Assembly: GCF_000018105.1 (NCBI RefSeq) | Contig: NC_009925.1 | Coordinates: 2,190,001-2,222,000 of the forward strand | Reading direction: 5' to 3' | DNA: 32,000 nucleotides | DNA from: Acaryochloris marina MBIC11017 | GTDB lineage: Bacteria > Cyanobacteriota > Cyanobacteriia > Thermosynechococcales > Thermosynechococcaceae | Shown here: positions 1-11,214 of the stretch, one piece after another | Position numbering within the stretch: the stretch's first letter is position 1 | How the letters are laid out: the number at the start of each line of letters is the position of its first letter | Program-made: the position numbers and the translations under genes | Notes under the pieces: model-generated | Told to the model about the DNA's origin: nothing | What the model saw: only the letters and a program-made list of their open reading frames with translations | Databases searched by the model: none

Positions 1-2
1 TG

Positions 3-827
3 GCTAAACAACAACCACCTCGGGTCATTTTTCTAGGGGGTTCTAATGTGGCGTTTGGCTTAGATTCTTCACTAATTGGACGTCGCTTAAATCGCAACCC
101 CGTCAATATGGGGCTACATGCGGCACTAGGACTGGAATATATGCTCAATGAAGTGGACGCTTCCCTAGTAGAAGGAGATATCGTTGTTATTTCATTTGAA
201 TATGAGCAATTTTCTAGTCCTTTACCCGATATTCCAGAACGTCTGTTTACGGTGATAGACAGTCGTCCCCAGAATGCTCAGTTCGTTCCTTGGTACTATG
301 CCCCCATCATGCTGGACAAAGGCCAACTCTATCTAGGAGGCGTTATCCGTACAGCGATCAATTCAGTCCTAGGGACCTACGAAATTGATCGCGTTTATCG
401 CCGCAGCAACTTGAATGAGATTGGAGATGCCACGGTTAATAACACAGAAAGTGGACGAGACTTAACCCAAATCAAGGGAAAGCTAACGGTCAATGATGAC
501 TCCGTGCAAACAGCGATCACCATCTTGAATGCCTTTAATCAATCAGCCACCCAAAAAGGAGCCAAGATTTATTATTCCTATCCTTCATTACTCGACTCTG
601 TTTTTCGAGATAATGCTGCTGCCATTGGCCGCATCGATGCTCAACTCAAACAATCCTTAGATTTTCCCCTGCTAGATGCTCCTAAAGATATGGCATTTAG
701 TCAAGAGTATTTCTTTGATTCTGAGTATCATCTCAATCACAAAGGTACAAAAGTTCGTTCGGAATTAATTTCGGAACAATTGTCGAAGCGTTTAACAGAA
801 AGCACTGATACCAAAACTGATAGCTGA
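3..827 (+). CDS. hypothetical protein, 5'-truncated by the window edge; possibly an SGNH/DltD-like polysaccharide-modifying hydrolase
   Basis: The frame is open from nt 3 (..AKQQPPRVIFLGGSNVAFGLDS..), so the GTG at 48 in the ORF track is probably internal. 'VIFLGGSN' resembles block I of SGNH-type hydrolases. The catalytic triad cannot be verified by eye. Confidence 0.45.
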   Translation, partial: AKQQPPRVIFLGGSNVAFGLDSSLIGRRLNRNPVNMGLHAALGLEYMLNEVDASLVEGDIVVISFEYEQFSSPLPDIPERLFTVIDSRPQNAQFVPWYYAPIMLDKGQLYLGGVIRTAINSVLGTYEIDRVYRRSNLNEIGDATVNNTESGRDLTQIKGKLTVNDDSVQTAITILNAFNQSATQKGAKIYYSYPSLLDSVFRDNAAAIGRIDAQLKQSLDFPLLDAPKDMAFSQEYFFDSEYHLNHKGTKVRSELISEQLSKRLTESTDTKTDS

Positions 828-884
828 AGGATTTAATCTAGACTTGCTATATTTCTCACCTTAGAAGGATATTGCTTAGTTACT

Positions 885-1793
885 ATGAAATTTATTCCGT
901 CAAAAATATGGTTGATCATTCTATTTTTGAGTGGCGTCACCTGTGGTGTACTTCTGAGTAAGTTTCTGTTTAAGTTTCAAGACCGCCTCCAGACCTCTCA
1001 AGCTTCCCAGGCACAAGAACTCCCCACTATTCCGGATCAGGTGCAGGGGAAAATGTCTCTTTATGTTTTAGCGGGGCAATCCAATATGACGGGCAGAGGC
1101 CCGCTAGATGCTGAGAGTTCAAAAACACACCCCCAGGTTTTTGTATTTGGGAATGATTACCGATGGCACCTCGCCAAAGACCCTCTGGATTCTATAGACG
1201 GCCAAGTTGATCCAGTCTCCCAGGAAGGCAAGGCTCCCGGTGTGGGGCCCGGCATGACCTTTGCATCGGCATTGCTCAAACATGATAAAGATGCTGTTAT
1301 TGGCCTGATTCCCTGTGCTAGGGGAGGGTCAACCATTCAAGAATGGCAACGCAATTTAAGTGAAAACTCTCTCTATGGGTCGTGCCTCAAGCGATTGCGA
1401 GCGGCCTCTTTGATGGGCCAGCTGGAAGGAATGTTATTTTTTCAGGGAGAAGCAGATGCTTTGGATCAAAAGCAATTTTCTCACCTCTCTTTATCTCCAC
1501 AACAATGGTCCAAAAAGTTTGAAAAGTTTATTGAGAGTTTTCGACTAGATACAAAGCAGGAGAATCTACCTATTGTCTTTGCTCAAATTGGGTCTCATGA
1601 TGCCCCCAATCTCTTAACTCAGTGGAACGTTGTTAAAAAGCAGCAAGAGAATATTCAATTACCCCATGTAGCCATGATTACCACGGATGATTTAGCCCTT
1701 GAGGACTATGTTCATTACACCACTAAAAGTTATCGTACGATTGGGCAGCGATTCGCCAATGCCTATATTAAACTAACCGAGAAGAATCTATGA
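885..1793 (+). CDS. sialate O-acetylesterase-like carbohydrate esterase (CE6/DUF303 type) with an N-terminal membrane anchor
   Basis: 302-aa ORF with a hydrophobic N-terminus (IWLIILFLSGVTCGVLL). It has the 'LAGQSNMTGRG' motif (GQSNM signature of the sialate O-acetylesterase/CE6 family) and a later 'FFQGEAD' block. Confidence 0.7.
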   Translation: MKFIPSKIWLIILFLSGVTCGVLLSKFLFKFQDRLQTSQASQAQELPTIPDQVQGKMSLYVLAGQSNMTGRGPLDAESSKTHPQVFVFGNDYRWHLAKDPLDSIDGQVDPVSQEGKAPGVGPGMTFASALLKHDKDAVIGLIPCARGGSTIQEWQRNLSENSLYGSCLKRLRAASLMGQLEGMLFFQGEADALDQKQFSHLSLSPQQWSKKFEKFIESFRLDTKQENLPIVFAQIGSHDAPNLLTQWNVVKKQQENIQLPHVAMITTDDLALEDYVHYTTKSYRTIGQRFANAYIKLTEKNL

Positions 1794-1923
1794 TGTGAAA
1801 GTCTGACAAAATGGGAAATATCAATATATGATTGAAGCAATTTTGGATTTTTAAATGGCCTTTAAATACAGCTTTATCTTTAGTTTTTATTAACTGTTTC
1901 AAATCGATTGTTAGCGTTGTTCA

Positions 1924-2736
1924 TTGAGTGAGCTAATGGAGACAAAACCAAGAATTCCTGTTGCAATTTTGTGTGGTGGCAAAGGAACGAGATTAAAAGA
2001 AGAAACCGAGTTTCGTCCCAAGCCCATGGTCATGGTCGGGGATCGTCCCATGATCTGGCACATTATGAAAATCTATGCTCACTATGGCTTTACAGATTTC
2101 CTACTCTGCCTTGGTTATAAAGGCGATATGATTCGTGACTATTTCTTTAACTATGATTGGAACCACAGCAATGTCTTGCTGGAATTAGGGAATAAAAAAA
2201 TTACTAAGTTAGACAGCTCCCACGGGGAAGAAGATTGGCGGATCTGGCTCATTGATACTGGCCCTGAAACCATGACTGGGGGGCGTTTAAAGCGTCTATC
2301 TCCTTATTTTAAGGATATCGGTAGTGACCTGTTTATGGGCACCTATGGCGATGGCGTGAGTAACGTCAATATCCAGAAATTACTGGAGTTCCACAATAGT
2401 CATGGCAAGCTAGCCACCATCACCTCTGTTCGCCCTCCGTCGCGTTTTGGTGAGCTGGCCATTGATAACAATTTTGTCAGCTACTTCCAAGAGAAGCCTC
2501 AAACCAGTGAAGGCTGGATCAACGGCGGGTACTTTGTGTTTCATCGCAAAGTTCTAGATCTGATTCAAGGGGATAGTACCGTTCTGGAAGCTGAGCCGTT
2601 TAAGGCGTTGGCGGCGTTGGGAGAACTCGCCGTCTATAAACATGATGGATTTTGGCAATGTATGGATACCTATAGAGAACTCGAACTGCTCAATAAGCTA
2701 TACATCTCCAATCAAGCAGAGTGGAGGGTTTGGTAA
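1924..2736 (+). CDS. rfbF: glucose-1-phosphate cytidylyltransferase
   Basis: N-terminal '[50 protein letters not shown]' is the typical RfbF/DdhA nucleotidyltransferase signature. The TTG at 1924 or the ATG at 1936 could be the start. The stop overlaps the next start (TAATG). Confidence 0.9.
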   Translation: MSELMETKPRIPVAILCGGKGTRLKEETEFRPKPMVMVGDRPMIWHIMKIYAHYGFTDFLLCLGYKGDMIRDYFFNYDWNHSNVLLELGNKKITKLDSSHGEEDWRIWLIDTGPETMTGGRLKRLSPYFKDIGSDLFMGTYGDGVSNVNIQKLLEFHNSHGKLATITSVRPPSRFGELAIDNNFVSYFQEKPQTSEGWINGGYFVFHRKVLDLIQGDSTVLEAEPFKALAALGELAVYKHDGFWQCMDTYRELELLNKLYISNQAEWRVW

Positions 2737-3719
2737 TGAGTGACTTTTGGCAAGATCGATCGGTATTGATTACGGGCTGCACCGGGCTATTAGGCAGTTG
2801 GATGACCCAAGAGCTGGTAGCCCGGGGGGCTCGTGTCGTGGGACTCGTCAGGGATTGGGTGCCACAATCCCGCTTGTTTACGGAAGGACTTTCCGACAAA
2901 ATTACAACGGTTTACGGTGGTATTGAAGATTTAGGGGTGTTGGAGCGGGCGATTAATGAATACGAAGTCGATACCGTATTCCATTTAGCCGCCCAAACTA
3001 TTGTAGGAGTTGCCAATCGCGAACCCCTGGGCACCTTTGAAGCCAATATCAAAGGCACCTGGAATGTATTAGAAGCCTGTCGTCGGGTGGGTGGTGTCAG
3101 TCGCATCGTCGTCGCTTCTAGCGATAAGGCCTATGGCGATCAGGAGATCTTGCCCTACGACGAGCAAACGCCCCTTCAGGGCGAACATCCCTATGATGTG
3201 TCCAAAAGTTGCGCGGATTTACTGTGTCGAACCTACTATGTGACCTACAACCTCCCCGTCTGTATTACCCGTTGCGGGAATTTCTATGGCGGTGGGGACT
3301 TAAATTTCAATCGCATTGTCCCTGATACGATTCGATCGACGTTGCGAGACAAACCCATTGTGATTCGCAGCGATGGAACTTATATTCGCGACTATTTCTA
3401 TGTCAAGGATGGGGTGCTGGCCTACCTTCACCTAGCGGAACAAATGGATCGACCGGAGATATTGGGTGAGGCCTTTAACTTTAGTAATGAGCTACAAATC
3501 TCGGTCTTAGAATTAGTCCATAAAATCTTAAAGTTAATGGGTAAACCTCATCTTGAACCCACGATTTTAAACCAAGCTCAAAATGAAATTAAGCATCAAT
3601 ACCTTTCCGCAGAAAAGGCAAGACGGCTATTAGATTGGAAATCCCCCTATGATCTGGATGCAGCATTATTAGAAACCATTCAGTGGTACACAGCGTTCCT
3701 TGAGTCCACTTCTACTTAG
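2736..3719 (+). CDS. rfbG: CDP-glucose 4,6-dehydratase
   Basis: Extended SDR with '[13 protein letters not shown]' Rossmann motif, '[11 protein letters not shown]' (YxxxK) and RfbG-like length. I prefer the ATG at 2736, which overlaps the rfbF stop by 1 nt, over the GTG at 2721 in the track. Confidence 0.85.
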   Translation: MSDFWQDRSVLITGCTGLLGSWMTQELVARGARVVGLVRDWVPQSRLFTEGLSDKITTVYGGIEDLGVLERAINEYEVDTVFHLAAQTIVGVANREPLGTFEANIKGTWNVLEACRRVGGVSRIVVASSDKAYGDQEILPYDEQTPLQGEHPYDVSKSCADLLCRTYYVTYNLPVCITRCGNFYGGGDLNFNRIVPDTIRSTLRDKPIVIRSDGTYIRDYFYVKDGVLAYLHLAEQMDRPEILGEAFNFSNELQISVLELVHKILKLMGKPHLEPTILNQAQNEIKHQYLSAEKARRLLDWKSPYDLDAALLETIQWYTAFLESTST

Positions 3720-3752
3720 CAACTTCTACTTAGCAATTGTATTAGGAAGGAT

Positions 3753-4310
3753 ATGCAACTTCATCCCACAAAAATACCGGGCTGTTTTGAATTAGAACTA
3801 AACGTTTTCAAGGATCAGCGAGGTCGGTTTGTTAAAACGTTTCATGAAGAGATTTTTGCCAGTCACCAATTAGAAACTCACTTCCCTGAAGCCTATTACT
3901 CCTACTCCACTCAAAATGTGCTGCGAGGACTCCATTTTCAGATTCCCCCGAAGGATCATACGAAAATGGTGCACTGTGCCCAGGGAGAAATCGTTGATGC
4001 AGTGGTCGATTTAAGGGTGGGGTCACCCACCTATGGCCAATTTGAGGTGTTTGAACTTAGCGCTGAAAAAGGGAATTCGGCCTATATCCCTCCCGGCTTA
4101 GCCCATGGTTTTTACATTGTCAGTGAAACGGCTCTGGTGATGTATCAGGTGTCCACGGTATATGCCCCTGGCCATGAACAAGGTCTATTGTGGAACTCAG
4201 CTGAGATTCCCTGGCCCAGTACCAATCCGATTATTTCTGAAAAAGATCAAGGATGGAAGACCCTTGCCGACTATGAAAGCCCGTTTGTCTATGAGCCTGC
4301 CCACTCATGA
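3753..4310 (+). CDS. RmlC-like cupin, NDP-4-keto-6-deoxyhexose 3,5-epimerase family
   Basis: 185 aa with 'DQRGRFVKTF', 'LRGLHFQ' and 'KMVHCAQGEIVDAVVDLR', all typical of dTDP-4-dehydrorhamnose 3,5-epimerase-type cupins. The stop overlaps the next start (ATGA at 4307-4310). Confidence 0.8.
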   Translation: MQLHPTKIPGCFELELNVFKDQRGRFVKTFHEEIFASHQLETHFPEAYYSYSTQNVLRGLHFQIPPKDHTKMVHCAQGEIVDAVVDLRVGSPTYGQFEVFELSAEKGNSAYIPPGLAHGFYIVSETALVMYQVSTVYAPGHEQGLLWNSAEIPWPSTNPIISEKDQGWKTLADYESPFVYEPAHS

Positions 4311-5224
4311 CTGATTCCCAGTCCTCACCCACGGTCCTAATTTCTGGAGCCAATGGCTATTTTGGCGGTATCGCCTGTCAGTTTTTTCGGGATCAGTCCT
4401 GGACCGTGTTAACGGCAACCCGTCGTCCTGACGCGGATGTCTCGTTTGATCTCAATCAGCCCGATCAGTTTGCCGCCCAAACCCTAGAACAACCCGTTGA
4501 TTTATTTATTCATGCGGCAGCTGCCCATGAAGTCACCTGTCGGGACCAGCCCTATCAAAGCATTTTTCAGAATGTTGCCGGTACCCGGGCCGCCTTGGAC
4601 TTTTGTGTAGCCAACCATATTTCGCGGTTTGTATACCTGTCGACATTTCATGTCTTTGGCCATCCTACGGGCCATATTGATGAATCCACAACGCCGTTAC
4701 CGGCAAATGACTACGGCTTAAGTCATTTACAGTCGGAAGATTATTTGCGGCTGTACCGGCGGGAGCAGTCTCTACAGACCCTAGTGTTGAGACCGAGTAA
4801 TTTTTTTGGTGTCCCGGCTGATGTCAAAAGCTGCGATCGCTGGACCTTAACCCCCTTAGGATTTTGTCAGTCTGCGGTTGAAGACAAACAGATTGTCTTG
4901 AGAACGCCAGGCTATCAACGCCGCAACTTTATTGCTGTCCAGGATATCTGTGGTGCGATCGCAGCTGCGTATCCCCAAATGGACACCCTCGATCTCCTCC
5001 ATTTGCCAGGGCCAGAAACCCTGAGTATTCGGGGCCTGGCTCAACTCGTCCAACGGGTGATGCAAGAGCGGTTTGATATTGCGATTGATGTCGTCCTACC
5101 GGATGGAGAACCGATAGAAGATACATTTACCTATACCAGCCAACGATTAGCAGCCGTTTATCAACCTCAACTCACTCTAAAAAATTTTGTGTTTGAATTG
5201 TGTCAACGGCTGCTATCCGTCTAG
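4307..5224 (+). CDS. NAD(P)-dependent epimerase/dehydratase-family protein (putative 4-ketoreductase of the CDP-sugar pathway) with an atypical active-site motif
   Basis: 'LISGANGYFGG' Rossmann motif and extended-SDR length. It is translationally coupled to the epimerase. The expected YxxxK reads 'YGLSH' (codons 4712-4726). Confidence 0.65.
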   Translation: MTDSQSSPTVLISGANGYFGGIACQFFRDQSWTVLTATRRPDADVSFDLNQPDQFAAQTLEQPVDLFIHAAAAHEVTCRDQPYQSIFQNVAGTRAALDFCVANHISRFVYLSTFHVFGHPTGHIDESTTPLPANDYGLSHLQSEDYLRLYRREQSLQTLVLRPSNFFGVPADVKSCDRWTLTPLGFCQSAVEDKQIVLRTPGYQRRNFIAVQDICGAIAAAYPQMDTLDLLHLPGPETLSIRGLAQLVQRVMQERFDIAIDVVLPDGEPIEDTFTYTSQRLAAVYQPQLTLKNFVFELCQRLLSV

Positions 5225-5304
5225 CGGCGGATTAATATCAGCCCCTTTGGTCACCCTTGTTCTAGGGACCAGTCAAGGCCGCGATCAGTGGAAGAAAGAC
5301 AGCC

Positions 5305-6489
5305 ATGGTTTTAGGAACACTCTCTGGAAATATGCCTGAAACAATCTCGAATGCATTAAAGCCGATTATTCGTCCCCTGTTTAGTTGGGCCGTACTCAAA
5401 CCTGCGATCGCATATCTACTTCCTCGGCAAACGGTGGCCCAAGCCTTTGGCAAAGACCATCCAAAGCATCGGCGCTTCCCCCCGGAGACCATTGCCACGC
5501 CTGAAATCAAGGATATGCCGCCTTTTGACGGTCCCTTTGCCTATCTGGAAAGTGAAACCTATACCACCCACGATATTTTTTCCACGATATTAGAAGACGT
5601 TTTAGTCGAACCGGGCAACGGCATTGTCTTAACCTCCTCCCGTAAGGTGATTGCTGAGTCCATGTATCCCAAAATGGACGACATCACCATTTATGGGGCC
5701 TTACTCAACAAGAGCTTTATCCGACGCAGAATGCTTGAGAAGCCGGTCCAGGAGATTTCAGGGTATGCCAGCATCTATCAAGGCTTGCCCAATGGCTACT
5801 ACCACAAATTTATTGACTTGGTGCCCCGTTGTTCTCTCCTCAGCCAGCCAGAATACGCAGAAATAGAAAATATTCAGCTCCTCTATTCCGATCCTGTGTC
5901 GGAGACAGAAACGTTACTCGTGCCAAAACTGATTCCTGACAATGTCACCTTAACCAAGTTAGAACCCAGTCGACTTTATCGGGTTGAAAAGTTAATTTTG
6001 CCGACGTTTCTGACTCAGTTTGGGTCTGGTTATCTACCAAAAGCCTATATCCAACAGCTCCGGCAAGCGATTTTTCCGAAGCGTCCGTCTACCCAGAACA
6101 AACGGATTTATATTTCCCGCGCCCAGTCAGCAAAGGGGCTGAAAAAACGACATATTGTCAATGAGGCGGAATTAATTGCAGCCCTGAAACCATTGGGCTT
6201 TGAAATCTATGAGCTAGAAGACTATTCATTAGAAGAAAAAGTTGAACTTTTCTATGATGCTGAAATTGTCGTTGGTGCCTACGGCGGTGGAATAACCCAT
6301 GTGCTCTTTTCTGAGTCTGTGAAGATCTTGGAGCTACAGGTGATGGCGAAAACGCAAACCTATTACTATTACTTAGCGAAAGCCTTGGGCCATGATTATC
6401 GCTTCTGGTTCTCGGATAAAGCCAACAACCGCGAGAACTTTGAAGTGGATGTTTCTCAGGTTTTGCAGTTACTTGAAGGTTGGTGCTAA
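5305..6489 (+). CDS. glycosyltransferase family 61-like (DUF563) protein
   Basis: 394 aa. The C-terminal 'KRIYISR..RHIVNE.EL...L...GFE....E..S..EKVELFYDAEIVVGAYGGGITHVLF' matches the DUF563/GT61 capsular-polysaccharide glycosyltransferase pattern. Confidence 0.6.
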   Translation: MVLGTLSGNMPETISNALKPIIRPLFSWAVLKPAIAYLLPRQTVAQAFGKDHPKHRRFPPETIATPEIKDMPPFDGPFAYLESETYTTHDIFSTILEDVLVEPGNGIVLTSSRKVIAESMYPKMDDITIYGALLNKSFIRRRMLEKPVQEISGYASIYQGLPNGYYHKFIDLVPRCSLLSQPEYAEIENIQLLYSDPVSETETLLVPKLIPDNVTLTKLEPSRLYRVEKLILPTFLTQFGSGYLPKAYIQQLRQAIFPKRPSTQNKRIYISRAQSAKGLKKRHIVNEAELIAALKPLGFEIYELEDYSLEEKVELFYDAEIVVGAYGGGITHVLFSESVKILELQVMAKTQTYYYYLAKALGHDYRFWFSDKANNRENFEVDVSQVLQLLEGWC

Positions 6490-6603
6490 AACGGAGGTGA
6501 AGTGATCTAATTCACAGAACTAGACGAGATTTGAGATCATCATGGAGTGGCTTCGGTATTAAGGCCAACCTCCAGTTTTATATCTAATTCATGATGTTAA
6601 TCA

Positions 6604-6634
6604 GTCTTCCTAGCTGCGGAAGACAGGGGTTTTG
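6604..6634 (+). terminator. possible intrinsic terminator after the GT61-like gene
   Basis: Perfect 7-bp hairpin GTCTTCC-tagctgc-GGAAGAC (6604-6624) followed by aggggTTTTgt. The T tract is short and offset, so the call is weak. Confidence 0.3.
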
Positions 6635-6684
6635 TACCCGCCATAAATAGCTCCATAAGATACGCTAGAACTACTGATGAGATA

Positions 6685-7694
6685 TTGATTTCTATGCAAT
6701 CTCTGATTCAAACGACCCAACCCACCTTTGCCTCTCAAGTGGATAAGCTCTTGCTTCTAGAGGCGGAAGCCATTGCGAAAGCGGCAGACCGATTGCAGCC
6801 TGAACAGGTCAATCAAGCCGTCGATCTCATGATCAACTGCTCAGGGAAGGTGGTGTTGTCGGGGGTAGGCAAATCAGGGATTGTGGCTCGCAAAATCGCC
6901 GCGACCCTCACCAGTGTCGGTGTGATGGCGGTATTCTTACACCCTGTGGAAGCCCTCCATGGCGATTTAGGGATTGTGGCCACCACCGACGTGGTGGTGG
7001 TGTTGAGCAACAGTGGTGAGACGGATGAGCTGATTGCCATGTTGCCCTGCTTAAAGCAGCGCCAAGTCCCCCTGATTGCCCTAGTGGGGAATGTGAACTC
7101 GACCTTGGCGGATGAAGCGGATGTGGTCTTAGCAGCCACTGTGGACCAAGAAGCCTGCCCAATGAATTTAGCGCCTACGGCCAGTACGACGGTTGCGATC
7201 GCAATCGGTGATGCCCTAGCCATGACCGTCACCCATGCCAAAGGCGTTACCCCTGAAGCCTTTGCCGTTAATCACCCCGCAGGTCGCCTCGGCAAACGCT
7301 TAACCATTAAGGTCTCAGATTTGATGCACCAAGGCTCCGAGCATCCTTGTATTTCCTCGGAAGCCAGCTGGTTAGAAATTGTCACCAGCATCAGCCAGGG
7401 CGGCTTAGGGGCTGTGAACGTGGTGAATGCTCAACAGCAACTGCTGGGCATTGTCACCGACGGAGATCTGCGTCGTGCCATGGAGAAGATTCGCCCCGTG
7501 GACCTGGAACAGATGAAGGCAGAAAAAATTATGACGGCGAATCCCATCACGGCTGCCCCCGACCAGTTAGCCTACGATGCCCTCCAGGTCATGGAAGATC
7601 GTCCGTCTCAAATTTCGGTCTTGCCCGTCGTCGATCCTGACGATCGTTGCGTGGGAGTATTGAGACTGCACGATATTGCTCAAGCGGGTCTTAT

Positions 7695-7698
<4 letters not shown>
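6685..7698 (+). CDS. kdsD: arabinose-5-phosphate isomerase (SIS plus tandem CBS domains)
   Basis: 'VVLSGVGKSGIVARKIAATLTSVG' SIS motif, 'VVVLSNSGETDEL', and a C-terminal CBS pair. The start is either the TTG at 6685 or the ATG at 6697. The stop overlaps the kdsB start (ATGA at 7695-7698). Confidence 0.9.
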
Positions 7699-9264
<1,566 letters not shown>

Positions 9265-9265
<1 letters not shown>

Positions 9266-9777
9266 TGAGTATCTCCCCAGACCTACAATCTCGGCTCGCC
9301 AATGTTAAGCTTTTGGCCTTAGATGTGGATGGCGTCTTAACGGACGGCGGGCTGTACTACACCGAAACCGGCACCGAGCTGAAAAAGTTTAATGTCAAAG
9401 ACGGTCAAGGCTTAAAGCTGCTGATGCAGTCAGGGGTTGACGTCGCCATTATTACAGCCAGCGATTCCCCCGTAACGCGGCATCGAGCCAAAAAGCTCGG
9501 CATTCAGCATGTCTTTCTTGGGGTTGAAGAGAAGCTCTCGGTGCTCAAATCCCTTTGCCAAACTCTCAATATTGAGCTGTCTCAAGTGGCCTATGCAGGG
9601 GATGATGTCAATGATGTGCCCATCTTGCAAAATATTGGCTGTCCATTCACCGTGAATGATGCCATGCCGACTAACCGAGGCGCTGCCATTTACATTACTC
9701 ATAAAAACGGCGGGTGTGGCGCAGTACGAGAACTTTGTGATTTACTGATTCAAAGTCAGGCCGGTTCTTCATCCTAG
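9265..9777 (+). CDS. kdsC: Kdo-8-phosphate phosphatase (HAD-IIIA, YrbI family)
   Basis: 'LALDVDGVLTDG' HAD motif I, 'FNVKDG.G' and 'YAGDDVNDVP' motif IV. There is a TGATG overlap with kdsA. Confidence 0.85.
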
Positions 9778-9799
9778 TTCCTGACAAGGATCTGCCAAA

Positions 9800-11128
9800 A
9801 TGCAACAAAAGCTAAAACTCCGGTCGCGTCAGGATATTGTCCCCCTGGAAAAAGCGGTTCTGGGACAATACTATTTTCCCTTGCAAGACTATCTGGGCTT
9901 TGATGAAAAGTTAGCGATGCTGCTTAAAGCATTGCCGCTGCGGCTTTCTCGTTTATCAACCCAGCCAGAAATTACCTTCTTTCTCTATTCCAAAGCTTGT
10001 GAACGGTTATTAATCCCCCTCCTACTACACCTCGCTGAAAGTAGCATCCTTGAACGTCAAGGCATCCAGCTAAACCTGATCGTACTGCCGGGGATTCATC
10101 AACTACAGCTCGTCCCTCAAACCCTAGAAAAATTGAGCGCTCTAAGCATCACTCCCCAAGCCAACTATTTGAGCCTGGTTCGGGCTTGTTTATCTCCCCA
10201 AGATAAAGTGGTGGTCTTTTGCTTAGATCACCGAGAACTCTATGAGTTTCACCGATGTGGGGTCGATACCGCCGATCAGCTTCGCCAATTTGGCGTTAAA
10301 ACCCTTTCAATTCAACATGGCGGCACTCGCAAAGACTCCGTTAAGGGCCTCGCTTCTACGGTCTCAGACCTGATTATGGTGTGGGGTAAGCGAGTGGAAC
10401 GGGAATTAATTCAGGACTATGGGGTCGATCCACAGCGAATTCGAGTCGTGGGCAATCCATTACATGATGTCCTCAACAACCTGGATTCCCAAGCCGCATT
10501 GGCAACGTTGCAAAAATGCTATCCCCAGGTCCAACCGCAACTACCCCAGAAGAAAATTGTGGTGTTGGCTGCCTGCCTGCATACGGAATATCAGGGATAT
10601 GGAGATGAAGCTCAGCTCTATCGGCAGTATATTCAGCATATTTATGAAAGCCTGGATTTCTCCAAGGTGTTGTTGTTGATCAAAATGCATCCCAACGATC
10701 AAAGAGATCCAAATTTATACCAGCAAGCGGCCCAGCAATATGCGGATCTGGAGTCGGTGATCGTGATCGAACCGGAGGTCACAGAACTCAGTGTGTATGC
10801 CCTGCTGTCCATCGCTGATTTACTGCTAACACGCAGCTCTACGGTGGCAGAGGAAGCCTTAATGATGGGAAAGAAAGTGGTGGCCTTTGATTTATTTGCA
10901 GAGGGACCTTCTAAAGGCTATAAACACCTAGAAGAATATGGCGTCTACCAGACCGTATATGCAGAACCTAAACCTGCTTTAAAGACGCAAATTGAGCAAA
11001 TGTTATTTGATGGGGACTCAGATCACAGTACAGAGATCGATCTTGCAGCAGAATTTACCTATGCCTTAGATGGCCAATCCACTCAACGAGCTGTTGATGA
11101 AATTGTTACACACCTATCTGCTGGCTAG
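9800..11128 (+). CDS. GT-B-type transferase of the KpsS/KpsC (Capsule_synth) or TagF-like kind; candidate Kdo transferase
   Basis: 442 aa. 'VLLLIKMHPND' (an HP motif) and 'DLLLTRSSTVAEEALMMGKKVVAF' resemble the C-terminal half of capsule-synthesis/TagF-type enzymes. It starts 23 nt after kdsC. The family assignment rests on motif memory only. Confidence 0.35.
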   Translation: MQQKLKLRSRQDIVPLEKAVLGQYYFPLQDYLGFDEKLAMLLKALPLRLSRLSTQPEITFFLYSKACERLLIPLLLHLAESSILERQGIQLNLIVLPGIHQLQLVPQTLEKLSALSITPQANYLSLVRACLSPQDKVVVFCLDHRELYEFHRCGVDTADQLRQFGVKTLSIQHGGTRKDSVKGLASTVSDLIMVWGKRVERELIQDYGVDPQRIRVVGNPLHDVLNNLDSQAALATLQKCYPQVQPQLPQKKIVVLAACLHTEYQGYGDEAQLYRQYIQHIYESLDFSKVLLLIKMHPNDQRDPNLYQQAAQQYADLESVIVIEPEVTELSVYALLSIADLLLTRSSTVAEEALMMGKKVVAFDLFAEGPSKGYKHLEEYGVYQTVYAEPKPALKTQIEQMLFDGDSDHSTEIDLAAEFTYALDGQSTQRAVDEIVTHLSAG

Positions 11129-11214
11129 CCCCGATCCACGACCATAAGTGTTGTTGATCATCCGTATCTCCATTTACCCCAATCTTATAAACCCCATTGT
11201 TGACATCCGTGTCT

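Noticed and set aside
6813-7241. 142-aa and 84-aa - strand ORFs inside kdsD. Similar shadow ORFs occur at 2690-2899, 2912-3106, 3832-4026, 4856-5126, 5262-5510, 7764-7994, 8528-8934, 9430-9702, 11576-12306, 12708-13515, 14078-14411 and 14940-15328.
   Set aside because: All are antisense or out-of-frame overlaps of well-supported genes, with low-complexity, Arg/Pro/Ser-rich translations.
7647-7694. Upstream extension of kdsB
   Set aside because: It overlaps the end of kdsD in another frame. The ATG at 7695 gives the conserved MNILAVIPAR start and an ATGA coupling overlap.
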